DNA of 40,921 bases from an uncultured Nitrososphaeraceae archaeon (GTDB taxonomy: Archaea; Thermoproteota; Nitrososphaeria; Nitrososphaerales; Nitrososphaeraceae): positions 1 through 40,921 of the forward strand of contig CAVSMN010000006.1 in the NCBI GenBank assembly GCA_963729045.1, read 5' to 3'. Within the stretch, counting starts at the first letter, position 1, and the number at the start of each line of letters is the position of its first letter. A program made the position numbers and the translations under genes. Shown here in pieces: positions 10,733-21,294 of this stretch. The notes beneath the pieces were generated by a model, which searched no databases, was not told the origin of the DNA, and worked only from the letters and a program-made list of their open reading frames with translations.

Positions 10733-11693
10733 GGGAATAGTTGTTGCTACTAGAGCTAGCAAATTAGCCACTTATCAAACTAACTTAATTATTTCATCTT
10801 TGAGGGAAATTGAACCAAACCTAAACATTAGAATGGACAAAGTTACTACGAAAGGTGACAGAGATAAAAGACCATTTTATGTAATCAATCAAACTGGAGT
10901 ATTTGAAAAAGAAGTGAATGAAAGATTACTTCAGTATAAAGCTGATTTTGCAGTACATAGTCTTAAAGATCTTCACGGAGGGATATCGGATAAGTTAGTA
11001 ATAGCATGTATTCCCAAAAGAGAAAGACCGAACGATGTTTTTATAAACAGTATAAATAACAATAAGATTCATGAGCTAAAAACAGGTTCTATAATAGGAA
11101 CAAGTAGTATCAGAAGAGCCATACAGATTAGAACCAAGTATCCAAAATTAAGGGTAAAGTCAATAAGAGGTAATATAGAAACAAGAATAAACAAATCAAA
11201 AGAAAATCCTTATTCTGGAATAATATTAGCAGAAGCAGGAATTGAGAGATTGGGTATGAAAAATCAGATCACACAAAGACTAAGTATTCAGAGCTTTACA
11301 CCAGTCCCTGGTCAAGGAGCCCTAGCAATTGTTTGTAGAAAAGATGACAAAGATCTTGTAAAAATGCTAAAGCAAATTGAGCACAAGAACTCGCATAAGG
11401 AAATCCAGGCTGAAAGATCTCTTACCGAAAGTATCGGAGCTGGTTGCACAGTTCCAATGGGAGCGTTAGCCACTTTAAAAAACAAGGATAGGTTAATGAC
11501 ACTTTTTGCTGTAGTTTATTCGTTAGACGGAAGAAAATCTATCAAAGTAAAGAAACAATATAATGCTGCTTACCCACGAAAATTGGGTCAAATGGTAGCA
11601 GAAGTATTAATTTCAAAAGGGGCTAAAGAAATAACAAAAGAATGGAATAATACTAGTATGAATATCGATACATTAGATGAGTTGATAGAATGA
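10728..11693 (+). CDS. hemC: Hydroxymethylbilane synthase (porphobilinogen deaminase); true start lies upstream of the TTG at 10800
   Basis: TTKGDRD, GVFEKEV, AVHSLKD, GTSSIRR, IRGNIETR, GAGCTVP. The conserved N-terminal IVVATRASKLA is in frame at 10737-10769. Confidence 0.95.
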   Translation: MKGIVVATRASKLATYQTNLIISSLREIEPNLNIRMDKVTTKGDRDKRPFYVINQTGVFEKEVNERLLQYKADFAVHSLKDLHGGISDKLVIACIPKRERPNDVFINSINNNKIHELKTGSIIGTSSIRRAIQIRTKYPKLRVKSIRGNIETRINKSKENPYSGIILAEAGIERLGMKNQITQRLSIQSFTPVPGQGALAIVCRKDDKDLVKMLKQIEHKNSHKEIQAERSLTESIGAGCTVPMGALATLKNKDRLMTLFAVVYSLDGRKSIKVKKQYNAAYPRKLGQMVAEVLISKGAKEITKEWNNTSMNIDTLDELIE

Positions 11694-12469
11694 AAAACAA
11701 CGATAGACTAGGCAAAGTTTTCATTTGCGGAGCAGGTCCCGGTGATCCAAAATTATTGACAATAAAGGTATTTGAATTAATAAAACAAGCTGATGTAATT
11801 TTATATGACAGACTGATTGGAGACGAAATTATTAAACTATTTCCAGATACATCAGAGAAAGTGTACGTCGGTAGAAATGTCGGGGACCCGACTACACATC
11901 AAAATAAGACAAATGAGTTGATGATAAAGTATGCAAAAATGGGGAGACAGGTATTAAGACTCAAAGGCGGTGATCCTTTTATTTTTGGGAGAGGAGGAGA
12001 AGAAGCAGAGATTTTGGTTGAGAATGAAATCCCATTTGAAATCATTCCTGGGATTACGTCTGGTATTGGGGCAGCTAATTATTCTGGAATACCACTCACC
12101 CATAGAAAGTACGGCTCCGCTGTAGCATTCGTTACTGGTCATGAGGATCCAGAAAAGAAAACTCCCGAAGTAAAATGGGATAAATTATTTGAAGCGGTTG
12201 ATACCGTGGTGATCTATATGGGAACAGAAAAGTTAGAATTGATCATAAACAAAATAAAAGGGAGAAAAATTGATGATAGAACCCTAGTAGCAATAATCCA
12301 AAACAGCACCTTAAAGAATCAGAAAGTAATTACTGGCAACTTAGGCAACATAGTTAGTTTAGCTAAAGAATATAATGTAAAACCCCCAGCCATAGTTATA
12401 ATTGGAAACATAGTAAATCTTCACAAGAAGATCAAATGGTACATTCAACAAACCAGTGGGGAATCATGA
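11690..12469 (+). CDS. cobA: Uroporphyrinogen-III C-methyltransferase (SUMT)
   Basis: GAGPGDPKLLT, RLKGGDPFIFGRGGEE, PGITS, GIPLTHR. Confidence 0.96.
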   Translation: MKNNDRLGKVFICGAGPGDPKLLTIKVFELIKQADVILYDRLIGDEIIKLFPDTSEKVYVGRNVGDPTTHQNKTNELMIKYAKMGRQVLRLKGGDPFIFGRGGEEAEILVENEIPFEIIPGITSGIGAANYSGIPLTHRKYGSAVAFVTGHEDPEKKTPEVKWDKLFEAVDTVVIYMGTEKLELIINKIKGRKIDDRTLVAIIQNSTLKNQKVITGNLGNIVSLAKEYNVKPPAIVIIGNIVNLHKKIKWYIQQTSGES

Positions 12470-12502
12470 TTCTAATCAAAAAGAAAGAGACAATCAAATA
12501 AG

Positions 12503-13381
12503 TTGGAAAAAATAATTATTGTGATTACAAATGAAGGAGTATTGACGGATGATATCCAAAACCAAAACATTGACCAAGCTCATTTAGATAGGATTGAATT
12601 GATTGCGTTACCCACCATATCTTTCAATAAAATTGATTCACAAGAAGTGAGAGAATCTTTTAAAAGACTCAGTAATGGCTTTTATAACTATTGTATTTTT
12701 TTGAGCTCGAATGCGGTCAAAATATTTTTTGAAATTGCAAAAAACCAACACAACTATGAAAGAATCATGGAGGAACTAAATAAGATAAATATGATAGTAA
12801 TTGGACCTAAGACCAAAAAAACATTGCAAGAGTATGGATTTAAGTCAAAGTTAGGATCTTCTACTAATGTCATCGATAAGAAATATTCCTCATCGGATAT
12901 ACTAGAGTTTTTAGAAAACTTGGATAGAGAATGTAAAACAGAATATCAAAAAGAAATCCCAAAAATCCTGATGCCCCGCAGTGCAGAATCAGTAAAGTCT
13001 AATAATTATATCGATACAAAATTCGAATATATAATGCTGGATCAAGTTTTCTTTTATGAAACAAGAGAAAACAAAAATGTATCGAATTCAGAGGAGTGGA
13101 AGAAGTTATTGGAATTACCTGATCGCGTTGAAAAAATATTTCTGATTTTTACAAGCCCCTCTACGGTCAGATCTTTTTTTAAAATAATTTATCATCAATT
13201 CTCTCAATTATCGTTTCGCAAAAATGAAAGAGAAGTACTTCAAGCCTTAAAGGTAAATAAGGTAGTTTCAATAGGACCAAAAACTTCACTTGAATTAAAG
13301 AAAAATAAAATAGATTTTATAGAATCATCTGAATATACCATTAATGGTGCTCTGGAATCGTTACTTCGATTGATCAAATAG
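12503..13381 (+). CDS. hemD: Uroporphyrinogen-III synthase
   Basis: FLSSNAV, VIGPKT twice, IFTSPSTV; last gene of the hem cluster. Confidence 0.88.
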   Translation: MEKIIIVITNEGVLTDDIQNQNIDQAHLDRIELIALPTISFNKIDSQEVRESFKRLSNGFYNYCIFLSSNAVKIFFEIAKNQHNYERIMEELNKINMIVIGPKTKKTLQEYGFKSKLGSSTNVIDKKYSSSDILEFLENLDRECKTEYQKEIPKILMPRSAESVKSNNYIDTKFEYIMLDQVFFYETRENKNVSNSEEWKKLLELPDRVEKIFLIFTSPSTVRSFFKIIYHQFSQLSFRKNEREVLQALKVNKVVSIGPKTSLELKKNKIDFIESSEYTINGALESLLRLIK

Positions 13382-13451
13382 TGACATATTTTAGATAAAT
13401 GATTTAAGAGATACGTAAAACATAGACATAAAATATAATTACGGGTAAAGA

Positions 13452-13775
13452 TTATATCAAAATTAGCAGCTTGTTCTTTTCCTTTTTCATTGGATAAATC
13501 TCAAGTGGTTTTTCTGCAGGCAGGTTCAATGCGCTGCCACTTTTTAAATCAAAAGACGATAAATGTAATGGACAGGTTACAGTTCTTTCAGATTCATTTA
13601 AAATACCCCCGGTCAGGTCAACGTATGCATGAGTACAAATGCGATCTGAGGCGCAAAATTCGCCGTTTAGGTTTAATATCATGATTTTTTTGTCTTCATA
13701 ATCAAATTCGTCCATTTCTCCTTTCTTTAATTTGAGGAATTGAGAAACATCAATCCATTTTTGTATGCTGGTCAA
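13452..13775 (-). CDS. Rieske-type [2Fe-2S] ferredoxin
   Basis: CTH...CPLH ligand motifs; follows sufD. Confidence 0.92.
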   Translation of the reverse strand: MTSIQKWIDVSQFLKLKKGEMDEFDYEDKKIMILNLNGEFCASDRICTHAYVDLTGGILNESERTVTCPLHLSSFDLKSGSALNLPAEKPLEIYPMKKEKNKLLILI

Positions 13776-13845
13776 TTTATACCACCCAATTCAAGTATTG
13801 AAAATAAAGGTAATGATGTAAAGGTTCGTCTTTCAAATTGTTTCT

Positions 13846-15334
13846 TTACCTGTATTTGTAATGTTTCTCAAATATATCTGCAGTTTCTTTATATCGTGAT
13901 TTTTCTACTTCAAGAATCTGTTCCATGACCTCATCACCCTTTAACATTAGAGGTTTTCCAGTCCACTTGTTCTCAAACAGATAACTTATCCAAGCACGAA
14001 TAAATGGGCCCATTTTTCGAGATAAAGGTTCCACAAACCCATTTATTATCTCCCGCTTAGCACTTTCTCTATCCAAACCCTTACACATCAAGTAGAATAT
14101 TTGTTCTTCATCAATCTGAGATACTGACGCAGAATGTGTAGCTTTAACTTCATTGGTCTCAATCTCCAATCCGGGAATAGCATCTGCCTGGGCACCTTTA
14201 TTTAATAAAATTGCATGCCCGGCCAAATAAGATTCTGAAGCTTGTGCATCCTTTCGGATTTTTATCATTCCTTTAAATAAGGACTTGGCAGTATCTTTTA
14301 CAATTGATTTAACTAGCACTTTACCCCTACTACTGAACCCAATATGATCAAGATTAGATGAAATGTCAAATGATTGATTATTTGTACCAAAAACTATTTC
14401 TACATCTTCAGCTCGTGCGCCTGAGCCTTTCATAACGCTATCGGTCTTGAATCGACAAAGGCGTGCACCAAACATTCCAGAATACCAAGACATCTTAGCG
14501 TCCTTTTCGACATAGGCCTTTCTATTAGCAACACAAACAGTTTCAGAATTCATAGCTTGCAAAGTAATGAACTCAAGTTCCGCAGCGGGTTTGACAATAC
14601 ATTCAAGAACCTCAAAATAGCATTCTTGTCGTATTATCGTTTTCATCATTTTCTTGAGTTTCATTTTTTGTATTTGATATTTTATGGTTTGACGATGAAT
14701 ATGATGAAGCAAATGTAGGAAATGATGAGTACAATTCCTGTACTATTGTTCCTTTGGAGCCTTCATCAGCAATAACGATATTTCTACAAATTGATGATGT
14801 ACGATCGTCTTTTAGAGAATATACAATCCTAATCGGCCCCTCAATCATCAAATTTCTTGGGATGTAAATAAAGAAACCAGACTGAAAGGCAGAAGAACTT
14901 AATGCGAGAAAACGATCATCTGCATAATTGTTGGATTTATCTAGAAAGTACTTTTTCACTAGTTCTGAATTGTTCTTTATGGCATCTTGAATTGTCGAAA
15001 TAATTAAACCTTTTTTAGATAATTCCTCTGGAACAAAAATATGTGCAACAGAGGAACCTATTAAAAGTATGCTTGGAGAAGACTTTATTTCCTGTAGTCG
15101 CATTTTAAGGTCTTTTGAAATAGAATTCGTGGTCTCGTTAGAAAAATAAACTTTGTTTGGTTCTAAAAGAGTTAATCCAGAGTATTTAGAATATAAAGGT
15201 GAAACTTCATTAGGCAAGCCAGAAAATTTGGATAAAATCTCCTTTCTAGAAGACATCATCCAATGGGGTTCACTTTCATTAGTGGACAGTATTTCATGTA
15301 AATTATTTTCTGAAAGCAATGATAATGGAATCAT
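13846..15334 (-). CDS. sufD: Fe-S cluster assembly protein SufD, split by one frameshift near 14630
   Basis: ORF 14612..15334 is the N-half and 13846..14712 the C-half (PGLEIETNEVKATHSASV...FYLMCKG). The frames overlap in a low-complexity linker. Confidence 0.9.
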
Positions 15335-15390
15335 TATGAATCAATCTTTATGAAAAAATAAAATGACTAAAGATGAAGCTAAACTTACCA

Positions 15391-16791
15391 TTAACCTACT
15401 GAACCTTCCATCTCCATTTTTACCATTCTATTTAGTTCTACAGCATATTCCATTGGGAGTTCTTTGGTAAATGGTTCCATAAATCCACCTATAATCATAC
15501 TCAAGGCATCAGATTCGGAATAGCCTCTACTCATTAAATAAAATATTTGCTCATCACCTATTTTTCCCACGGTTGCCTCATGAGTAATGGTTGCATCATC
15601 TTCATTAACTTCAACATACGGATATGTATCAGTTCTTGAAAATTCATCAAGTAATAATGCATCACATCGAACATTTGATTTTACTCCATGTGCTCCTTTT
15701 GCCACATGCAATAATCCTCTATAAGTGGTTCTTCCGGTATCCTTACTCACAGATTTACTCGTAATTCGAGAGGTGGTATTGGGTGCAAGATGGACCACTT
15801 TTGCACCAGCATCTTGGTGTTGACCCTTTCCTGCAAAAGCCACAGACACTATTTCAGCATGAGCATTCTTACCTAACATGTAAACCCCAGGATACTTCAT
15901 CGTGAGTTTGCTGCCTAGATTACCATCTATCCACTCAACAGATGCATTTTCATAAGCGTATGCTCTCTTTGTAACCAAGTTGTATACATCCTTGCTCCAA
16001 TTTTGAATAGTAGTATATCTAATTCGTGCTCCTCTTTTTGCAATCAATTCGACTACAGCAGAATGTAAAGACTCGGTAGAATAGACAGGAGCAGTACATC
16101 CTTCAATATAATGAACATCGGCACCCTCATCAGCAATAATCAAAGTTCTTTCAAATTGTCCAATATTTTCGGCATTAATTCTGAAATATGCTTGTAATGG
16201 TAAATCCACTTTTACATTTGGAGGAATATAAATAAATGAACCACCTGACCATACTGCACTATTTAGTGCTGCAAATTTATTATCTTCTGGTGGAATAACT
16301 TTTCCAAAATGCTTTCTTAATAAATCAGGAAATTTTTTAACTGCTGTATCAGTATCTAGGAATATCACACCCTGTTGCTCAAGATCTTCACGCAAATGAT
16401 GATAAACTGTTTCTGATTCATATTGTGCCCCTACACCAGCTAAGAATTTTCTCTCTGCTTCCGGTATACCTAACTTTTCAAAGGTATTTCTAACTGATTC
16501 TGGAACATCTTCCCAATTTTTACTTTGTTTTTCAGCAGCTTTAGCGTAATAATAAATATTCTGAAAATCTATGTGAGACAAGTCTCCCCCCCAGTTTGGC
16601 ATGGGTTTACTCATAAAAACATCATATGACCTTAATCTAAAATCACGCATCCAATCAGGTTCCCCTTTCATTTTGCTTATTTCTTCTACTGTACCTCTAG
16701 AAAGGCCCTTTTTACTTAAATATACATAAAGTTGGGTTGAATCTTTAAAATCATATTTACTATAATCCATATCTAGTTCTTTTGCGGTCAT
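15391..16791 (-). CDS. sufB: Fe-S cluster assembly protein SufB
   Basis: [42 protein letters not shown]. Confidence 0.97.
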   Translation of the reverse strand: MTAKELDMDYSKYDFKDSTQLYVYLSKKGLSRGTVEEISKMKGEPDWMRDFRLRSYDVFMSKPMPNWGGDLSHIDFQNIYYYAKAAEKQSKNWEDVPESVRNTFEKLGIPEAERKFLAGVGAQYESETVYHHLREDLEQQGVIFLDTDTAVKKFPDLLRKHFGKVIPPEDNKFAALNSAVWSGGSFIYIPPNVKVDLPLQAYFRINAENIGQFERTLIIADEGADVHYIEGCTAPVYSTESLHSAVVELIAKRGARIRYTTIQNWSKDVYNLVTKRAYAYENASVEWIDGNLGSKLTMKYPGVYMLGKNAHAEIVSVAFAGKGQHQDAGAKVVHLAPNTTSRITSKSVSKDTGRTTYRGLLHVAKGAHGVKSNVRCDALLLDEFSRTDTYPYVEVNEDDATITHEATVGKIGDEQIFYLMSRGYSESDALSMIIGGFMEPFTKELPMEYAVELNRMVKMEMEGSVG

Positions 16792-16890
16792 ACTGTTAAT
16801 AACGGCGTTATGTATTATAAGTATTTTTATTATTTAATACAACTATTGATCAAAGAAAAACATAAGTATGTTGATGGTTTTGTCGAATCA

Positions 16891-16906
16891 GTTAGGTCTA
16901 CCTAAC
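16891..16906. promoter_or_regulatory. Palindromic operator GTTAGG-TCTA-CCTAAC, DtxR/SirR-like
   Basis: Perfect 6-4-6 inverted repeat in the divergent sufB/serA intergenic region. Confidence 0.5.
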
Positions 16907-16970
16907 GTTGGAAACATTTTCCTTAAATTAAAAAAGTAATCAATATATTCCCATAAAAAAGTTTTCAAAT

Positions 16971-17909
16971 ATGCAAATTGATGGCAGTGTAATAGTATGT
17001 GATTCCATTGACGAAAAGGGAATTGAGATTTTAAAAAAGGCTGGACTCACTGTTGATTATTTACCTGAGATAACAAATCAGGAATTAATATCCAAAGTGA
17101 AAGACTATGATGTAATCGTTGTACGCAGTAGGACTAAGATAACAAAGGAGGTAATACAAAATGCAAAGAGGGCAAAAATAATAGCAAGAGTAGGAGTAGG
17201 TCTGGACAACATAGACACAAATGAAGCTCAAAATAACAATATCGAGGTAATTAACGCAGGGGAAGCTTCAGTAAATGCAGTTTCTGAGTTGGTATTAGGC
17301 CTTATGTTCTCATTAAGCAGGAATATACCCGCTGCCAATAATGCTACTAAGAATGGTAAATGGATTAAGAAAGATCTAATTGGAGTGGAATTAAAAGGTA
17401 AATATTTAGGAATCATTGGATTAGGAAAGATCGGAAGAAATGTGGCCAGATTAGCAAGGGGATTAAGAATGAACCTGATAGGATATGATGTTGTTCCCAT
17501 TGATAAGAGCTTTGTTCAAGAAGTTTCACTTATTACAGCAGATCTTAAAACGTTGGTGGAAAGTTCGGATTTTATAACTTGTCATGTTCCATATACTGAT
17601 CAAACAAAGCACCTCATTAACAAAGAAATATTGTCAAGAATGAAAAATAGTGCATTCTTGATCAACACCTCAAGAGGGGAAGTCATAGATGAAGAGGCAC
17701 TTGTAGACTGTTTAAAAAATAGAAGAATAGGCGGAGCAGCTCTAGACGTTTATGAAGTTGAACCTCCTACAAACAAGGAGTTACTAGAACTCAATAATAT
17801 AGTGTGCACTCCACATATTGCAGCTCAAACCAAAGAAGGACAAGAATTAGCATCAGCAGTAATAGGTGAAAAAATAATCCAAAGATTATTGGAAAGACAA
17901 ATTGAGTAA
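16971..17909 (+). CDS. serA: D-isomer-specific 2-hydroxyacid dehydrogenase (D-3-phosphoglycerate dehydrogenase-like, no ACT domain)
   Basis: RVGVGLDNID, GIIGLGKIG, INTSRG, ALDVYEVEP, TPHIAA. Confidence 0.85.
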   Translation: MQIDGSVIVCDSIDEKGIEILKKAGLTVDYLPEITNQELISKVKDYDVIVVRSRTKITKEVIQNAKRAKIIARVGVGLDNIDTNEAQNNNIEVINAGEASVNAVSELVLGLMFSLSRNIPAANNATKNGKWIKKDLIGVELKGKYLGIIGLGKIGRNVARLARGLRMNLIGYDVVPIDKSFVQEVSLITADLKTLVESSDFITCHVPYTDQTKHLINKEILSRMKNSAFLINTSRGEVIDEEALVDCLKNRRIGGAALDVYEVEPPTNKELLELNNIVCTPHIAAQTKEGQELASAVIGEKIIQRLLERQIE

Positions 17910-18088
17910 CAAACTATAATACTCTCTATATAAACTGACAAATGCTATTTTTTTGAGAACAGTTGTATTATAGATGGATATGTAGTTATTCTACTAACGA
18001 GCTTTATTTAACAAATACAGTCACAAAATAATAGTTTGATCTCCCATTACATATCAAATCAAACAACTTTAGTGCAAGAGTATAAAAA

Positions 18089-18328
18089 TCAGACGATCTG
18101 AATCACTTTAGTTTTAGAATATAATCCATGAATTATCTTAATATTTGAAGGTTTTATGTCAAAATGTTTTGAAATGGTATTTATTAGTTCCCTGTTCGCC
18201 TTCCCTTTAACAGGGACACATCGTAATGAAACTCTGATCTCCATTGTTGCCTCATTGACCACGAATTGACCACTGGGATCAAACTTAACTTCAACAACAT
18301 ATGTACGAGACAAATCACATTCCTGCAC
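18089..18328 (-). CDS. DUF167 (YggU/UPF0235) family protein
   Basis: PVKGKANRELI...IKIIHG..SKTK motif. Confidence 0.85.
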   Translation of the reverse strand: MQECDLSRTYVVEVKFDPSGQFVVNEATMEIRVSLRCVPVKGKANRELINTISKHFDIKPSNIKIIHGLYSKTKVIQIV

Positions 18329-18630
18329 ATTTGTTATAACAATGAATGTATATTTCCTTTAAGGTTATGGACCTTCTGAGATAAATAGAGAAGAGACAAT
18401 TTGATTAGGGTAAGGCGTCAACAAGTTAATAAGATAATTTTTATTGATTAAAGGTCAAATGGTCTTACACTCCAGATGACTATGAGATGACTGTTAATAC
18501 AATAGACGATGTCATGTCCACACCTAAAACTCGAATCTGAAAAAAATAAAGGTAGATTACTTTGTTTCTAGTTGTAAACAGACAAACAACATCAATAAAG
18601 ATACCAACAATAGGGGAGAGAATTGAAAGG

Positions 18631-18846
18631 TTATTTCATTGCATCCAACAAATCTTTCTTAAATGATTGTCTAGCCCTCTGTAAGTAAAGATAATATAAA
18701 GCCATCACAAAACTAGCAACTCCACCCACTATAAATAAGGCATTTAGAGTTACTAATGCCAATAACGCTATAACAAAAGTACTTGATATAAAAATTAAAG
18801 AGATTTTCTTTAATTTATTCATAGTCAGTAAAAAAGGAAACATCAA
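18631..18846 (-). CDS. Small membrane protein, possibly the 3' remnant of a longer decayed gene
   Basis: Two hydrophobic helices; short interrupted hydrophobic frames continue upstream to ~19290. Confidence 0.45.
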   Translation of the reverse strand: MMFPFLLTMNKLKKISLIFISSTFVIALLALVTLNALFIVGGVASFVMALYYLYLQRARQSFKKDLLDAMK

Positions 18847-19472
18847 TATAAATACAACTAAAACGAAATGATGATTAATATTAAATTATATATATTAATT
18901 CCATAACAAAGATAATTTACCACTATTTTCTGATATCGCCACCATAAATGAAAAAGAGGTATACAAATTCTAGATGATTTGAAATGAAAGTTACATCACT
19001 TTGTATTTTAGGTGAATTTCTTGATACTCTTCCTAGATCTTTTCTTTTCACTCCCATCAAATAGACCTTGCTAACTAATTTTACTACTTCCAATGATTTA
19101 GCTATAACTCCAATCCAAATTTACATTTTCAGGATAATGGATCGGGAGACAAAGTTAATGGAAGAGTAACAGTGCATAAATGCAAACAGATGAGAAAAAG
19201 AAATCCATCTATTAAGATTGGTTCATAATTAGTAATTTTCTTTTTAATATCCTTTTGAAGATTAATCCGTTGTTTAATACTCAATTTATCGTCAGAAAAG
19301 AATAAAAGATACAGTCAATTCCCTAAAGATTTGAATACCATGTGCAAAAGTGGGGAACATATTGTACTCCCCCTTATTCTCTCCCCCCCCAACGCCGCAT
19401 GAATATGATATACTGCAAAATTGTTCTTGCACCCATATCCAAAAAAGCACCAATCATTTTATGAATTCATCA

Positions 19473-20150
19473 TTAGACAGTCTTGGATTTGTTCTTTCTT
19501 CTACTGACAAATATCCAGATTAATACGATTCCCAACACAATGATAACCCCAAAAATTGCACCATATAGGGTAAGAGCAGAAATCAGTCCAAAAGTCTCGG
19601 TTATAGATACATTAAATACAGCTCTTTCACAATTACAGTTTACACTATTATTCAGGATAGTTCGTGGTGGAGGAACTGTATCAAGTATTTTGCTATTTGC
19701 CACGTCTTCATTTAGTATACTCAATACAATTTGATAATTACCATTTTTTGTAAATACAAATGGGATATCAAAATCTCCAGTTTCAAGTGTAGTCCATGGG
19801 AACACTAACACACGTTCTCCATTTATAGAATATATTTCAACCATGATTGTAACATCGTGGACGTCCTTACCGTGTTTGTCTTGGATACTAAACATAACTT
19901 TTGATGGTTCATTTGGTTTTACATATTCAGGTTCCAACTGTTGTATTACATAATATTTGTCGCCTATTCCCATTCCAGAGCTATTATATGAAGCAAAACG
20001 ATCGATATGAGCATTTGCAGCAAAAAAGGGAATTGGAATCGAGGAATATATAGAAAATGCCAAAAAAACCATTATGAAAAATGGTTTGAGGTTTTGGACC
20101 GAAATCGTTTTTTTTTCTTTGTTCAAGTTTTTTACAGAAAACGACGGCAT
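19473..20150 (-). CDS. Exported protein with C-terminal membrane anchor; candidate Cu-handling oxidase assembly factor
   Basis: Signal peptide ending ...AANA|H, beta-rich body, CNC motif, C-terminal TM plus RRK; starts 22 bp after ctaA on the same strand. Confidence 0.75.
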   Translation of the reverse strand: MPSFSVKNLNKEKKTISVQNLKPFFIMVFLAFSIYSSIPIPFFAANAHIDRFASYNSSGMGIGDKYYVIQQLEPEYVKPNEPSKVMFSIQDKHGKDVHDVTIMVEIYSINGERVLVFPWTTLETGDFDIPFVFTKNGNYQIVLSILNEDVANSKILDTVPPPRTILNNSVNCNCERAVFNVSITETFGLISALTLYGAIFGVIIVLGIVLIWIFVSRRKNKSKTV

Positions 20151-20172
20151 TACAGTTACTATTTATCTATTG

Positions 20173-20686
20173 CTAAGTTGGGGAACTTACTTGAGGAGTA
20201 TTACTATTATCACGTCTAGACGGCTTAGACGGATTCAGTGCGGATTTTAGATTGAGATTTGTATAGAATATGTTTATCACAACATATATCATACTACTAT
20301 ACAAGACCAAGCCCAAACCCAAGTGGGCAGTTACTAAATCTGCATGCAATTTTTCATTGATAACAATTGCCCCCAATGTTATTTGGCCCACAACGGCAGC
20401 TGCTGCTATGATTGAAAACATCTTGGTCGATTTGAGAGAATGTTTTCCCCTAAGGTACAAATATCATAGTTAAAAACACCAGGAGTCCGGTAGAAGCGGC
20501 AGTTGTTCTATGGATATATTCTATCAAAAACTCATAGGAAGGGATCAATCCCTGTGGACATAAGGGCCACTGCGGACAAGATAAGCCTACACCTGTAGAA
20601 CTAACATATCCACCCAGGGTCATTAATCCAAACAATACGCATAAGGTACCAATTGAAAAAACCTGAAGAAACTTATCGTAATTCAT
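20173..20686 (-). CDS. ctaA: Heme A synthase (short COX15/CtaA form), split by one extra base near 20455
   Basis: GLSCPQWPLC and EYIHR in 20450..20686; QITLG and TAHLGLG in 20173..20460. Removing one C (GTA CCT TAG G to GTA CTT AGG) joins the halves. Confidence 0.88.
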
Positions 20687-20730
20687 GGCTTTGTATTTTA
20701 CTCTATCTTATAATTTGACGTTAAAAAAAA

Positions 20731-21294
20731 TTATTGTACTGTAATTGTTCCCTTCATAAAGGGATGTACAGTACAATGATAAGTATAGTCCGCTGGTTCC
20801 AAACTATCTGTATCTATTTGTGCTGTGTCACCGGCCATGATAATACTTGTATCAAATAGTTGTGCAGAGTTGGGATCCTCAGGTCCCGAGCCACTTGTTG
20901 CAGTGTGCGGTGCAGTATCGTCGTTTGTTACTGTGATTACATCGCCTCTTTTAACTGTCAGAGTGTCTGGAGCGTAAGCCGGATTTCCAGGAGTTGCAGC
21001 GCCTGCTGGAATTGAGATTGAAGGACCTGCTGAAGCGGGTGCAGCAGCATTTGGCGCGGTTGTAGTGGTAGCACCGCTACTTGTTGTTTCAGACGCGGCT
21101 CCTGGAGCGTTAACGGGGGCAGGTGGTGGAGCAGGTGGTGGAGCAGAGACAGGTGGAGGAATGCTAGCAGTTTATTCCCAATACACAATAGTAATAGTTC
21201 CCAGGAAAATGAGAGGGATGACAATTATTATCAACCCCTTCATAAAACGCTTTGGCGTAGTTCTAGTGATGTGGTTCTCGTCGTGCGTAGTCAT
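20731..21294 (-). CDS. Membrane-anchored blue-copper (plastocyanin/amicyanin-like) protein with an in-frame TAA at codon 41; absent from the ORF track
   Basis: One frame reads MTTHDENH...KGLIIIVIPLIFLGTITIVYWE*TASIPPPVSAPPPAPPPA...DTAPHTATSG...YHCTVHPFMKGTITVQ*. Type-1 Cu ligands H...C-x2-H-x2-M. Start overlaps the coxA end. Confidence 0.9.
21119..21146. repeat. 12-bp tandem repeat (GCAGGTGGTGGA x2.3) encoding the APPP linker of the blue-copper protein
   Basis: Read directly from the sequence. Confidence 0.8.

Noticed and set aside
14612..14712. Programmed frameshift in sufD
   Set aside because: No convincing slippery site plus structure identified, and similar indels occur throughout the window.
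19369..19390. G-quadruplex or phase-variable C8 tract
   Set aside because: Only two G-runs on the minus strand and no recognisable gene whose frame it would control.
21172..21174. Recoded stop (Sec/Pyl/readthrough) in the cupredoxin
   Set aside because: The codon is TAA rather than TGA or TAG, at a non-catalytic position, and TAA ends many genes here. A substitution error or mutation (for example from TAC/TAT) is simpler.
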